A DNA stretch of 63,880 nucleotides, the filler included, from Basidiobolus ranarum (lineage: Eukaryota): the NCBI GenBank assembly GCA_040143965.1. It is 55 parts of 55 records of this genome, joined end to end, with 100 filler letters (N's around TTAATTAATTAA, not from the genome) between each part and the next. Parts side by side here need not be neighbours in the genome. Positions count along the whole stretch, not along the records: positions 11,676 to 12,741 come from JASJQH010006592.1; positions 12,842 to 13,907 come from JASJQH010006593.1; positions 14,008 to 15,073 come from JASJQH010006594.1; positions 15,174 to 16,239 come from JASJQH010006595.1; positions 16,340 to 17,405 come from JASJQH010006596.1; positions 17,506 to 18,571 come from JASJQH010006597.1; positions 18,672 to 19,736 come from JASJQH010006598.1; positions 19,837 to 20,901 come from JASJQH010006599.1; 47 more parts are not named here. The stretch is one strand, 5' to 3'. A program made the translations under genes and the position numbers. Below, one piece after another: positions 12,021 through 25,661 of the stretch. Numbering within the stretch: the stretch's first letter is position 1; every line of letters starts with the position of its first letter. Under the pieces are notes generated by a model. It was not told the DNA's origin. It searched no databases and was given only the letters and a program-made list of their open reading frames with translations.

Positions 12021-12468
12021 TGTCAACCCCACAGGTTCTCATTTATCTGTATATTAATGGTACTAGTAAGTGGTTGTAGTATGTTCCAGTGATTAGTCAA
12101 AGTAGGTCAGATGAGAAGTCTGATGATCAAATTCCATGGAAGGTCACATAACTTTATCCCTTTCCCCCTACTAGGTCATATGATCATATCTATTATACCA
12201 TCCCAACAGGCATCTGCTGATTGCTCTGCCAGCATAGGATGTCTCAGTTGACAACTATGCTATTCTATTATGACATAACCTGAACCTGATGTAATAATTG
12301 GCTTATTAACCAGCTTAATAGTTGTTAATCATCCAAGCTATCTGCTGATATATAAAAACAAGAATATCTCCCTTGATCAACTTCAGCCTGGTTTCAGTAA
12401 ATACATTACTAGCCTACACAACCCTGTATAATTCTGCTACTTAAGAATTATGACAATGGTAGCAGCAA
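12021..12468 (+). mobile_element. Putative complete 5' LTR (12021-12455) plus PBS TGGTAGCAGCAA
   Basis: TGTCA...TGACA termini, internal TATATAAAAA, CCATGGAAGGTCAC shared with LTR-D, PBS identical to 29369-29380. Confidence 0.65.
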
Positions 12469-12841
12469 CTGGTTATCCTCAACCCTTAAGAATAACCTTG
12501 GCCATGTCTGGAATACCCATACAGTTCTGTCTTAGAATCAATCATTTTGTCAAGAAGTACTATGAGCATCAAAGTTAACGAATACCATTGTAAAGTTGAT
12601 TAAAATCTTGGAACTTGGATCATTCTGCTGGCCTTAACAGAAACTTGAGGATTGATATTACAGGGGAACTGTCACAATTTAATCTACTTTGGATTGACTA
12701 CCTACTTACTGTTATAGTATTAGCAAGTTAGATTTGATTGTNNNNNNNNNNNNNNNNNNNNNNNNNNNNNNNNNNNNNNNNNNNNTTAATTAATTAANNN
12801 NNNNNNNNNNNNNNNNNNNNNNNNNNNNNNNNNNNNNNNNN

Positions 12842-12965
12842 TAGTTTGCTTACATCTTGACAAAACTATAAATGTCAACTTTCTACTCAATAAATCAATA
12901 AGTGAAAACCACCAATTCCTCTAATTCTCCAAACCACTTCCAACAGGCTCCCCAATACTTTAACA
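12842..12965 (+). mobile_element. Copia LTR-A 3' end inserted into LTR-B
   Basis: ...AATACTTTAACA followed directly by internal LTR-B sequence. Confidence 0.8.
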
Positions 12966-13907
12966 CATTTTGCTCTCACAGATGTTCTGAACACAACCCT
13001 AGTGTAAGTTCTCTGTATTTCCACCAAAATGTATAAATGCTTCATTTCTGGACAATAAATATTTATCTCACAAAGCTATTCACAACTCCACTTTTCTAAA
13101 GTTCCTCCAAACAGCCCTTATTTTCCCAGTAGGTTATGAGCCCCATTTTCTAACTTTTACAGCATGACAGAAATCACTACCGTCACTTTTATTCATTAGT
13201 GTTGCAAAGCTTGATGGAGAAAATTACAATATCTGGAAGTTCAACATGTGAATCATGCTTGATGACAGGAAGCTTTGGGATGTAGTCTCTAGAGATGAAA
13301 AGGACCCTTCTGACCCTTCTTTATTGGAAGCTTACAAGAAAAGACACTAGAAGGCCTTTAATGTCATTTGTCACAGTCTGAAGGATTCACAACTTATGAA
13401 TAATCAATATGCAAAGATTTCCCATCAAGCTTGGACTATATTGGAAGAGTGTTATGAAGCAAAGAGTCTTGCTAATAGACTCTTTCTCAGAAAAAAATAC
13501 TTCAATACAAAGATGGAAAAGTCTGAAAGCATGGTTACTCATATTGCAAATGTGAGATCTTTGGCAAAACAACTGGAAAATATTAGTGCAACTTTATAGG
13601 AAGAAGATGTCATTATGACTCCTCTAAGTAGTCTACTGGAATAGTATTCAAACTTGGTCATAGCTTTGGAAGCAAGATCTGACAAGTTATCTTTGGAGCT
13701 TGTGATGGGAAGACTAATGGATCAACATCTCAGAAGTAAGAATTTGGAAAAAGAATCTGAGGAAGTGGCTCATTTTGGAGCTGGAAAACATAGCTTTGGC
13801 AAGTGCCAAGGTTACAGAAGAAGGAAACCAGGTTTATGCTATGGTTGTAACAAACCAGGACATCAGTTAAAAGAGTGTAAATCAAGAAATTACAACAAAA
13901 ATGATAA
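12966..13907 (+). mobile_element. Copia family B: LTR end (13131), PBS GGTTATGAGCCC (13132-13143), degenerate gag (ATG 13164)
   Basis: KLDGENYNIWKF gag start; CYGCNKPGHQLKEC zinc knuckle. Confidence 0.9.
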
Positions 13908-14958
13908 NNNNNNNNNNNNNNNNNNNNNNNNNNNNNNNNNNNNNNNNNNNNTTAATTAATTAANNNNNNNNNNNNNNNNNNNNNNNNNNNNNNNNNNNNN
14001 NNNNNNNGGGTGCTTGGATATTACTATGTGTATCTCCCAAAAGAGGTATGAGAGATTTGCAAAATGATTTTGTGTAATCCTTGTTTAAGTATTCAGTAAT
14101 TCACCGTTTGTCCTACATTGGTTCTCTTAGTTTGCCATTTATACAATTCAGTGATTCTCCAGTGTAGAAATCCCGACCACTCCATCTTGCATCAAATAAC
14201 TGCAATTCTTGAATTTGTATTTCGAAGCGACATGTACTACATATATGCCATACACATCCACTCCATTTAGCATTCGCGTTTGCAGCTATGGGTCTTGATT
14301 ATACCTCAAATGTAAGATGGTTAGTACACCTAGTGTATTTAGGTCCCAGCATTTATTCATCAGTTTCTGGTTAGTTGCAAACAATATGCACAGCGAGTAG
14401 TCTTTTTTCGCACGATAAACCCAAAATGCAGAGAAAAAAAGACACAAGTGATTGCTACAATGGCGTATTTTATTGAAAATATGGAAGTACAAGGCACCTA
14501 ACATTAGGAATATTCTACTGTTCATTTCTAGAAAGCTTGTAATTATAGTATTGGAAAACAAGCGTAAATATCTCATTTTGGAAATTAATGCCACTCTCTT
14601 GCAATTAAATTTTAGGTGTCTAGCTTAAAAAAAGCATATTAATGTTATTGCCGCTGGATAGTGGCGCGGTACGGGTATATCAGTGTTCTATATTCCGGAA
14701 TAATTAATTAGTATAATTGCAATTTACGCATTCACAAATATAGGCTTATACTTGAGTTTATTTATTTATTTAAATGCGATGATTATATCCTGTCATGTTC
14801 TAGGATTGAAATAACTTGTCTACGTTAATCAATTTCAAGTGTATGCAGTTATTTCAAATCTCAAGTATATGCAGTTATTTCAAATCTCAAATATATGTCA
14901 CCAGGATGGAAAAAGAATCTTGGCTAAGCAAAAAAATGCACTTGGAATTAGTTGAACT

Positions 14959-15073
14959 TGTTAAAGTATTTGGGAGCCTGTTGGAAGTGGTTTGGAGAAT
15001 TAGAGGAATTGGTGGTTTTCACCTATTGATTTATTGAGTAGAAAGTTGACATTTATAGTTTTGTCAAAATGTA
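14959..15073 (-). mobile_element. Copia LTR-A 3' end
   Basis: TGTTAAAGTATTTGGGAGCC as at 114 and 58458. Confidence 0.8.
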
Positions 15074-15173
15074 NNNNNNNNNNNNNNNNNNNNNNNNNNN
15101 NNNNNNNNNNNNNNNNNTTAATTAATTAANNNNNNNNNNNNNNNNNNNNNNNNNNNNNNNNNNNNNNNNNNNN

Positions 15174-16239
15174 CAATAATGCCACAATATTGCAATTAAT
15201 GCAGCATTCGGAAGCAACTAGTCAACAGTTAGAGAGTCACTCAACAATGATACAAGACCTTCAAAATGCTGTACTTGAGCTACAGCAACATGCTGCTCCC
15301 TCCATCCATTCTCATATGGGATTTCAATCAATCCCATACAATACATATGAACGTCACTGTGACAATCTAGCAGAGCAGAATATGTATTGGACCATTAAGC
15401 CTACACAACAACCCTAGATTACTTGGGAGCATGAAAGTAGAAATCTCATAGGAAAACCGGCAAACCAAAAGACTCTGAATGTTAGAGCTGCCATCACTTG
15501 CTCTGATGATGAGTGGTTTAAAATTTTGGAAACCGTGAGGAATGTTGCCCAAAATCACCTGGATTTGAGTCAATTGTGGAAAATCAAAAACCAGGCATTA
15601 CTCGGAAGGTTCTTGACTTATTTCATGTGGCTTATCCTGGGTTTTTGCAAGTAAATGGCAATTGTGCTAGTATGGGCCTATTCATGAAACATCTCAAAAA
15701 TGTATGCAATTATTGACTTGGAAAAGAAAGAAAAGCAGCTCAAGAAGTACTGAAGGAGCAGGAAGTTAGTAAGCCCAAGGGAAAAGCAAAGGAGCCAGTG
15801 AGTTTAGGCTCTAAACGCAGTGCAAGTATGCAGAAAGTTGCTTCAGAAGAAGAACATTCAACCTGACATTCAATCTGGTGTTGACCATGCAGATATCAGG
15901 GAAGAACTTAATACAGAGTGGCACAATATTACAGGGTATCTGCCCAATAGCTGGAAGAATGTTGACTCAGCAATGCTAATACAATGGTTGGCTTTGATGG
16001 AGATATAAATGCAAACTTGTGTTGGATATGAGCTAAACCTTGGGTATGAAATATTCCATAAAAATATTCAGAAGAATGTATCAAAGAAACTAGGAATATA
16101 AAGGTGACAAAGCAGCATTCAAGTGGTAAAGGTGTAAAATTTGAGTTACATTTTTTGCACATGCATTGATCCATAGCTCTCTGAGATTGTAGCCAATCAT
16201 GTGCAACTATTTTGCAAGAACGTGAAATATCAGTCACAA
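15174..16239 (+). mobile_element. CACTA ORF2 pseudogene (internally deleted near 15805) running toward the terminus
   Basis: Overlaps 63605-63880 at its 5' side and 22167-22215 at its 3' side. Confidence 0.75.
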
Positions 16240-17505
16240 NNNNNNNNNNNNNNNNNNNNNNNNNNNNNNNNNNNNNNNNNNNNTTAATTAATTAANNNNN
16301 NNNNNNNNNNNNNNNNNNNNNNNNNNNNNNNNNNNNNNNTGTGGTATTGTTATCGCTCTTGTCCTCTCTTATAACTGTTTTTGCCTGTGATAAGATTCAA
16401 TAAGGCGAAGCATAAGGTTGCATGTGGTTCGGGTGGTACGAATCAATCCTTGGTCAAAAGCAGTAGACTAAGCCTACTTCTTCAAGAGGAAAGTTAGTGT
16501 GAGGATAGAAACAGGCGGTGTCCAAGAGAGTAGAGAGATCACCATTATTTTAGCAGATACGGTCAATTCATAGCTCATTGATTGAAGTTATCTATCGCAC
16601 TTTAAAGGAAATCTCCGAATTCGGAGCAGCAAAGCAACAAGTATAGTTTGCATGGCTACAGCTAGTGGAGGCTTAGGATTGAGTTTATATTGAAATCTTT
16701 ATAATACCTGTATAGGATAGAAGAGATACTAGCTATCACTCATTTTGATCATGCAATACTCTAAGGCTTAGCTAACTAACTCCTCTCTTCATAGCTCTCA
16801 GACCAGTGTAGGTGATTCAGAAATTGAGAATTCAATTAGCTATGAGTATTGCAGCGATTTGTCGACGACACTTTCCATTATGACGTAAATTATTCGATGA
16901 TGCACGCAAAGTGAAGAGGTAAAATTGATGGTTAGGAGTATTAGCGGTCATACTAGCAGGTAGATCCTCATATATCCCAAATGAAGTCATTTAATGATAA
17001 TAGAGAACCCAAGAAGGAGCAATAATAATATCAATTGTTGGGTATAACTCAATGGCTTGAGCGGAGTGCAACATGTAAATCCGCCTTCTGACTGTCTACT
17101 CTAACCATAGTAGATATGGAAGATTGGGTGAAATTGGTGACTACAGCAACCCTGCAATCATTCTCAGTGAAATGAAAATCCTCAATATCATTTTTGTGCT
17201 CAATTTGTTAGTATTTAGGTTTCAAAGAGTCTCTATAACTGCTGTTGTTTTAATGTTAATCTTGGAATGATGGACTATAGATACAACATATAGCTAAATT
17301 GGAGTGAGATGTAATGAAATGAAGTGCTAAACGTCTCAGTTTCCAGATGCAACTAGAAATCAGTGTGTTATATAGAGGAAAGGACAGCGTAAGGGATGTG
17401 TAGAGNNNNNNNNNNNNNNNNNNNNNNNNNNNNNNNNNNNNNNNNNNNNTTAATTAATTAANNNNNNNNNNNNNNNNNNNNNNNNNNNNNNNNNNNNNNN
17501 NNNNN

Positions 17506-18571
17506 TGATGTTTTCAAGCATTTTCCCAATTGATTCAAACTTTGATCCTATCTCAAATGGCTCATTCATATTGAATTTTCCACTATATAGCTGAGTAAGT
17601 AGTATTGGAATGTTGTCAAATAGTAAGTGCAAAGTGCCTAATGGGAAGCTCTGGCTCTAGCAGATCCCCTTTAGCAATAAAATCTTAGGCTTATGGCTAA
17701 TACCAGGTTTGATGCTAGACTGACTATTTCGTGAATTGATATCAGTGATCATACTAAAATGTGACCAGGCTCTTGATGGTAAAATCATGAAGTTTAGTGT
17801 TATATTTGGATAGTAGTAATGCGTATGCCTGTTAGAGTAAACTTCATTGATTTGACAAAATCTACAGCAAGATAGTGCATTTTGCCCACAAAAACCTCCA
17901 AGTTTACTGATGGCAGGAGTGTCACCAATACATACAATGATATTAGCTTTAATGAAATATTCACCCATCTGAACCCAATTAGATGACCATTCAATTTCCG
18001 CAATCAAAGGCTCCAAGGGACTATCTATAAGCACTGGTGATTTAGGTCCAGATATGATGGAGAGTATCAAAATATTATGACTCTTATATCATTCAGAAGG
18101 AGGAAGATTCAAGTTAATTCAAATTATTGGCCAGCAAGCCCTTCCAACGGCATATTTGTTTAGTGAGAAACCATCCAGAGCCAATGCAAATTCATGATCA
18201 TATGTGTTCTCAAAGAAACCTTGACTTTTCAGATTCTGGTAGTGATATCCATCAAGTATATTGGTAATACCATCAGGTTCATGGTGAGTACTTTGGTATT
18301 GGATCAATGATCTATATTTTGGTGATTTCATCAAAACTTTAAGATGGGGAATCAACGGTATGTAAGCCAAATGTGAATGATATTTACCTGGTTCAGTGAT
18401 TGCCAATTGTGTGCAAACAGAACATGACTTCAGGTTTTTCAGATCACTTGTGAAAGCCAAAAAACCATTTTGACACGACGGCAGTTTAATTACTGAATGA
18501 TTATAATTAATTCAATTGACAAGTGTTTTCCACTTGTACCATATCTGTGGAAAGCAATAGTTGACAATCAA
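17506..18571 (-). mobile_element. CACTA transposase pseudogene
   Basis: ALALDGFSLNKY..ACWPII, ISGPKSP, CIGDTPA motifs. Confidence 0.9.
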
Positions 18572-18671
18572 NNNNNNNNNNNNNNNNNNNNNNNNNNNNN
18601 NNNNNNNNNNNNNNNTTAATTAATTAANNNNNNNNNNNNNNNNNNNNNNNNNNNNNNNNNNNNNNNNNNNN

Positions 18672-19736
18672 ATTGCTGTATCTGCCAGAGATCTGCCAAT
18701 GTGAGTTGATGCTGTAAGAATATATTAAAAATATCAAGAAACAACTCCCAATGTTGCCAATACTTATCAGGCAGCAATCTTTGGAAAATTCCAATTGAAT
18801 ATATACAAATCCAATATTTCCAGTCTTTGCATTTGAATAAATGACTAGATGAATGGCTATTGATGGGAGTCCTGGTAAAACACGATGGTATCTTGATGCT
18901 TTCAAGCAATTTCCCAATTGATTCAAACTTTGATCCTATCTTGAATGGCTCATTCATATTGGATTTTCCACAACATAGCTGAGTAAGTAGTATTGGAATG
19001 TTGTTGAATAGTAAGTATATAGTGACTAATAGGAAGCTCTGACTCCAGCGGATTCCCTTTAGCAATATAATCTTAGGCTTAGAGCTAATACCAAGTTTGA
19101 TGTTAGACTGACTATTTGGTGAATTGAAATCAGGGATTATATTGAAATCTGACCGGGCTCTTGATGGTAAAATCATGAAGTTTAGTGTTGTATTTGGTTA
19201 GTAGTAATGCATATGCCTGTTAGAGTAAACTCCATTGATTTGACAAAGTCTACAGCAAGATAGTGCATAGTGCCCACAATAACCTCCAAGTTTACTGATG
19301 GCTGGAGTGTCACCAATACATACAATGATCTTAGCTTTAATTAAATATTCACCCATCTGAACCCCATTATATAACCATTCAAATTCTGCAATCAAAGGCT
19401 CCAAGAAGCTATCTATAAGCTCAGTGATTTAGATCTGGATATGACGGATAGTATCAGAATATTATGACTCTTATACTGCTCAGAAGGAGGAAGATTTAAG
19501 TTGATTAAAATTATTGGCCAGCTGGCCTTTCCAACAGTATACTTGTTTAGTGAGAAACCATCCAGAGCCAATGCATATGCATGATAATACATGTTCTCAA
19601 AGAAACCTTGACTTTTCATATTCAGGTAGTGATTTCCATCAAGTATATTGGTAATACCATCTGCTTTATGGTGAGTACTTTGGTATTGGATCAATGATCT
19701 ATATTTGGGTATTTCACCAAAACTTTAAGATGGGGA
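18672..19736 (-). mobile_element. CACTA transposase pseudogene
   Basis: Same Transposase_21-type motifs with frameshifts. Confidence 0.9.
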
Positions 19737-19836
19737 NNNNNNNNNNNNNNNNNNNNNNNNNNNNNNNNNNNNNNNNNNNNTTAATTAATTAANNNNNNNN
19801 NNNNNNNNNNNNNNNNNNNNNNNNNNNNNNNNNNNN

Positions 19837-20901
19837 ATATATGTAAGTGATGTCAAGAAACTTGCCCAACAACTAAAATCAGTGAATTATGAAGTTCCTG
19901 AAATGGATATAATTCTTACCATAATCAATGATCTCCCTGAATCATATTCAGCCCTTGTACTCACTTTGGCAGCAATTGGGGATAAGCTTACTTGGCATTA
20001 TCTGATCTCTCATCTATGTCAAGAAGAATTTACAAGGAAAGACAAAAGTCAGCTTGCAGATGGAACAAAAACTACACAAGCATTTTATTCTCAAAATAGC
20101 CAACTAGAAAGGAGCACTGTGAAATGTTACAAATGTGGAAAATGGGACATATAGCACATTACAGCAGATCAACAAAGAAATGGGTTTCAAAGAAAAAAGA
20201 AGCATATAACACCACTAAAAGAGGAAATGAACACTATGTACTTATGGCAACCTCTAAATCAGGAAACAACTCTGCTGATGTATGGATTCTAGATACTGGT
20301 GCAAGTGATCATATATGTCACAATAGAAACATAATGCATGACTAAAAGGAAATAGAACCTTGGGACATCATGGTAGCTGGAAGAAACAAACTGGTCACAT
20401 ATTGAATGGGAAAGGTCAGACTTGACTTACAAATAAGTAAAATCAAAAGTGTTATGGTAACCTTGGAAGATGTCTTATATATTCCTTCATTTACAACAAA
20501 TCTGTTTTCAATTGGAGCAATTGAAAATAAACATTATGCTGTCAAATTCAGCCAAGGAAAAGCAACCATATACAAATCAAAGGACTTGATAGTAGCAACA
20601 GGAACAAGAATTGGGAATCTAAATCACCTGGATATTGCACTGATAACTGAGACTGTTTTGAACTTTGCAACAATTACTTCTAGAAACTTGATGACTTGGC
20701 ATCAGTGCTGGGATCATCTAAACTAAAATAGTGTGAAACTTTTATATAAAAATAGCCTATGTACTGGAATGGATCTTAAGCCCTCAGATATTACTAAATG
20801 TGAAAGCTGTATTCAAGGGAAAATCACCAGAAAACCATTTCCAAAAGAAGGAGCTAGCAAAGCCAAAGATTTATTGGATCTTATTCATACAGACTTATGT
20901 G
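19837..20901 (+). mobile_element. Copia gag C-terminus, zinc knuckle, protease, GAG-pre-integrase
   Basis: CYKCGK.GH, WILDTGASDH, CESC, LDLIHTDLC; paralog at 40786-41847. Confidence 0.92.
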
Positions 20902-21001
20902 NNNNNNNNNNNNNNNNNNNNNNNNNNNNNNNNNNNNNNNNNNNNTTAATTAATTAANNNNNNNNNNNNNNNNNNNNNNNNNNNNNNNNNNNNNNNNNNN
21001 N

Positions 21002-22066
21002 TTTTCTGACTACCATATTTTTCATTGGCAGAGAAAATATGCTAATTTCCAGAAGCTGATTCCAAATTATCAGTATCCTCAGAGTAATTATCAGGTTTTC
21101 AGGTATATATTGGTGCAGTTCCAGTGCTGCCTATTGTTTCACTACTTGTATAGCTGCTTGATTCCAGAATATCATATAATAGTTTGTTCTCCTTGGTTTC
21201 AGTACTTGCAGTGAAGTTTGAGACAGGATTATTGCTTTTTGGTTTTCTGCTAGGAATATTCACCACAAGGATTGGCAATGATTTGAGCTTTGTTGTATAT
21301 TCATTGGTGGATGATGTTTTAGATCTTGTCCCAGATGTGATATTTTCTAAATTTGGATAATGTTGATAGATAGTTTCAGATTCCAAGTTTGGCCTAATTC
21401 CAGTATCTATTTCCAATTTATCATTTTCAAAGTTGGTTTCAGTACTTGTTAGCTCAAGATTGGTTTCAGAACTCGTTAACTCAGATTTTAAGTTATTGAG
21501 AAATTGATTTTCTGCCAAAATCAAATTCCCTTGATTAGAAGATTTGAGATTCTCTTCAATGAAAACAATATCTCTGGAGTTGATGATTTGATTTGTGCCA
21601 GCAATTAGGAGATGATAGCCTTTGTTCTGATATCCTAATAGGATACATTTAATTGCCTTTTTGTCCAATTTCCTATGCTGAGGTTTAGGAATATGAGCAT
21701 ATACTATTGATCCACAACTTCTGAGATGATTCAGATTAGGCTTGTTTCCAGTCTTGTTTTCAATAGGAGTTGCAGAGTCATGGTTGCTACATGCTGTACT
21801 TCTATTTTGGAGATATGTAGCTGTTAAAATAGCTTCACCCCAATAGGTCTTAGGCAGATCTGAATCAATCAGCATTGTACATGCTTTCTCTACCAAAGTC
21901 CTATTCATCCTTTCTGCAACTCCATTTTGTTCTGCACTATATGGAATAGTAAATTGCTGCTGAATTCCCTTTTCTTGACAAAAGCTAGTCATGGCTTCAT
22001 TGCTAAATTCAGTTCCATTATCACTGCATAGGTATTTGATTTTTCTTCCTGTTACAGTTGTGACCA
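21002..22066 (-). mobile_element. Copia integrase core and C-terminal linker
   Basis: EQNGVAERMNRTL, YWGEA, KLDKKAIKCILLGY. Confidence 0.93.
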
Positions 22067-22166
22067 NNNNNNNNNNNNNNNNNNNNNNNNNNNNNNNNNN
22101 NNNNNNNNNNTTAATTAATTAANNNNNNNNNNNNNNNNNNNNNNNNNNNNNNNNNNNNNNNNNNNN

Positions 22167-22343
22167 AGCCAATCATTCGCAACTATTTTGCGAGATCTTG
22201 AAATTTCACTCCTGAAACTGAAAAAATTGATTAAAATCAAATCTAACTTGACGATTTTATGACGGTAAGTAAACGGTTAATCCCAAATGGATTAAAATTG
22301 TGACGGTTTTCCTACGATAACAATCCTCAAATTTCTGTTAGGG
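22167..22343. mobile_element. CACTA terminus (ORF2 side) inserted in Copia integrase
   Basis: Ends CAAATTTCTGTTAGGG then TATG of Copia; repeated TGACG(G) subterminal motifs. Confidence 0.8.
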
Positions 22344-23231
22344 TATGATCATATTCCTAAACCTCAGCATAGGAAATTGGACAAAAAGGCAATTAAATGT
22401 ATCCTATTAGGATATCAGAACAAAGGCTATTGTCTCCTAATTGCTGGCACAAATCAAATCATCAACTCCAGAGATACTATATTCATTGAAGAAAATCTCA
22501 AATCTTCTAATCAAGGGAATTTGATTTTGGCTGAAAATCAATTTCTCAATAACTCAAATTCTGAGTTAACAAGTTCTGAAACCAATCCTGAGCTAACAAG
22601 TACTGAAACCAACTTGGAAAATGATACATTGGAAATAGATACTGGAATTAGGCCAAATTTGGAATCTGAAACTATCTATCAACATTATCCAAATTTAGAA
22701 AATATCACATCTGGGACAAGGTCTAAAACATCATCCACCAATGAATATATGACAAAGCTCAAATCATTACCAATCCCTGTGGTGAATATTCCTAGCAGAA
22801 AACCAACAAGCAATAATCCTGTCTCAAACTTCACTACGAGTACTGAAACCAAGGAGAACAAACTATTATATGATATTCTGGAATCAAGCAGCTATACAAG
22901 TAGTGAAACATTAGGCAACACTGGAAATGCACCAATTTATACCAGAAAACCTGATAATTACTCTGAGGATACTGATAATTTGGAACCAGCTTCTGGAAAT
23001 CAGCATATTATCTCTGCCAATGAAAAATATGGTAATCAGAAAAAGGATATTTTTCCAGCCAATCAGGAATCAGGAAATTGGGCTCAGAAACAAGGCAATA
23101 ATTTTCTGACCAATCACATACCTAAGAAATATCCTACTCTCAATTTGGCTGATATTGGATGTAATCAATCATAACAAGTATTCAATCAATCATAAAATTC
23201 AGGCAATCAGGTCTCAGAAATCCTACCAAGT
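22344..23231 (+). mobile_element. Copia integrase C-terminal region
   Basis: Near-identical to the reverse complement of 21002-21700. Confidence 0.9.
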
Positions 23232-23331
23232 NNNNNNNNNNNNNNNNNNNNNNNNNNNNNNNNNNNNNNNNNNNNTTAATTAATTAANNNNNNNNNNNNN
23301 NNNNNNNNNNNNNNNNNNNNNNNNNNNNNNN

Positions 23332-23772
23332 TGCATTTCTTGCTTTTGGATCAAAATTGGACCAATTTTTGATTTTAATTTTGACATAAGCAATGCCTCC
23401 AAGGATCCTCAAATGTCTTACATCAGGTTTAACTCCAAACCAAGCTTGATATGGGGTAGTGTTTGACAGACTTCAAGTGAAACTGCTATTCTTCAGATAT
23501 ACAGCTCTATCAATAGATTCCATCCAAAAGTTATGAGGTATATTTTGTGCATTTATCATAGATCTTGCAGTTCTATTAAAGTCCTATTAGCTCTTTCAGC
23601 AAATCCATTTTGTTGAGGTGAATAGTGGGCAGTAGGTCCCTCCTTATCTCCATGAACTTTGCAAAAGTGCTTAAATAGTGTTGAAGTATATTCTGTACCA
23701 TGATCAATATGTATTTTCTTGATTTTAGTTCCAGTTTTAGTCTTCACAAGTGTTATTGAATCTCTAAAAATA
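23332..23772 (-). mobile_element. Copia integrase fragment
   Basis: IDHGTEY, SPQQNGFAERANRTL. Confidence 0.88.
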
Positions 23773-24396
23773 TCCTAAGAGAAATTTGAGGATTGTTATT
23801 GTAGGGAAACTGTCATAATTTTAATCTATTTAGGATTGACTATTTATCTACCATCATAAAATTTTCAAGTTAGATTTGATTTCAATCAATTTTTTCAGTT
23901 TCAAGAGTGAAAATTCAAGATCTCGCAAAATAGTTGCATACCATTGGCTACAATCTCAGAGAACTATGGATCAATGCATGTGCAAAAATATAACTGCAAT
24001 TATACACATTGACCACTTAATGCTAATTTGTCATCTTTGAAATCCCTAGTTCCATTGATACATTCTCCTGAATATTATTATAGAGTTCTTCATACCCAAG
24101 GTTCAGCTCATATCCAACACAAGTTTGTATCAATATCTCCATCAAAGCTCACTATTGTATTAATGTTGCTGAATCAACATTCTTCTAGCTAACTGGCAGA
24201 TACCCTACTATATTGTGCCACTCATATTTATGTTCTTCCCTGATATCTGCACAATCAACATCGGACTGAATATCAAGTTGAATGTTCTTCCTCTGAAGCC
24301 ACTTTTTGCATACTTGCACTGCATTTTCCCATCATACTTCTGAAAGTAGTTCTTATGCACTTTTTCTATTTTCATACATCCTTGTAGTGTTACACT
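23773..24396 (-). mobile_element. CACTA terminus plus ORF2 3' region
   Basis: TA|TCCTAAGAGAAATTTGAGG (decayed CCCTAACAGAAAT); homologous to 15820-16239 and 22167-22343. Confidence 0.78.
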
Positions 24397-24496
24397 NNNN
24401 NNNNNNNNNNNNNNNNNNNNNNNNNNNNNNNNNNNNNNNNTTAATTAATTAANNNNNNNNNNNNNNNNNNNNNNNNNNNNNNNNNNNNNNNNNNNN

Positions 24497-25382
24497 CTTT
24501 CACCGGTGATCTGAAAAACCTGAAGTCATGTACTGTTTGCACACAATTGGCAATCACTGAATCAGGTAAATATTGTTCATATTTGGCTTACATACCGTTG
24601 ATTCCCCGTCTTAAAGTTTTGATGAAATCACCCAAATATAGATCATTGATCCAATACCAAAGTACTCACCGTAAAGCTGATGGTATTACCAATATACTTG
24701 ATGGATATCACTACCAGAATCTGAAAAGTCAAGGTTTCTTTGAGAACACATATGATCATGCATTTGCTTTGGGTCTGGAAGGTTTCTCACTATACAAATA
24801 TACCATTGGAAAGGCTTGCTGGCCAATAATTTTAATCAACTTAAATCTTCCTCCTTCTGAATGGTATAAGAGTCATAATATTTTGATACTATCCATCATA
24901 TCTGGACCTAAATCACCAGTGCTTATAGATAGCTTCTTGGAGCCTTTGATTGCGGAATTTGAACGGTTATCTAATGGGGTTCAGATGGGTGAATATTTTA
25001 TTAAAGCTAATATCATTGTATGTATTGGTGACACTCCTGCCATCACTAAACTTGGAGCTTTTGCTGGGCACAATGCCCTACCTTGCTGTAGATTTTGTCA
25101 AATTAATAGAGTTTACTCTAACAGGCTTACGCATTACAACTATCCAAATACAACACTAAATTTCATGATTTTACCATAAAGAGCCCGGTCATATTTCAAC
25201 ATGATCACTGATATCAATTCACCAAATAGTCAGTCTAACATCAAACTTGGTATTAGCCATAAGCCTAAGATTATATTGCTAAAGGGGATCAGCTGGAGCC
25301 ATAGCTTCCCATTAGGCACCATGCACTTATGATTCAGCAACATTCTGATACTACTTACTCAGCTACATGGTGGAAAATCCAA
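24497..25382 (+). mobile_element. CACTA transposase pseudogene
   Basis: 210-aa ORF with WPIILINLNLPPSE, SGPKSP, DSFLEPL, GDTPA. Confidence 0.92.
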
Positions 25383-25561
25383 TAGACTTGTTTCATTGGA
25401 CCAGGTCAGATTGTGCCGCTCAATCCAGCCTGCTAGTACACCATCTGGCGCGATCTGTCAATTACCATGGCTGGGTCCTATAACACTCGCTCGGACACTA
25501 TAAGCGACAATATGGCACTATCCCACCACACTCCGACACGATGATTTTTTTGGAGATATCG
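25383..25561. mobile_element. End of an unclassified element inserted in the transposase
   Basis: Begins TAGACTTGTTTCATT, matching inverted 10754-10768. Confidence 0.45.
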
Positions 25562-25661
25562 NNNNNNNNNNNNNNNNNNNNNNNNNNNNNNNNNNNNNNN
25601 NNNNNTTAATTAATTAANNNNNNNNNNNNNNNNNNNNNNNNNNNNNNNNNNNNNNNNNNNN

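Noticed and set aside
24950-25159. Recurrent ~69-aa ORF M.NLNGYLMGFRWVN in many contigs
   Set aside because: Alternate frame of the repeated transposase starting at TTG; no independent evidence.
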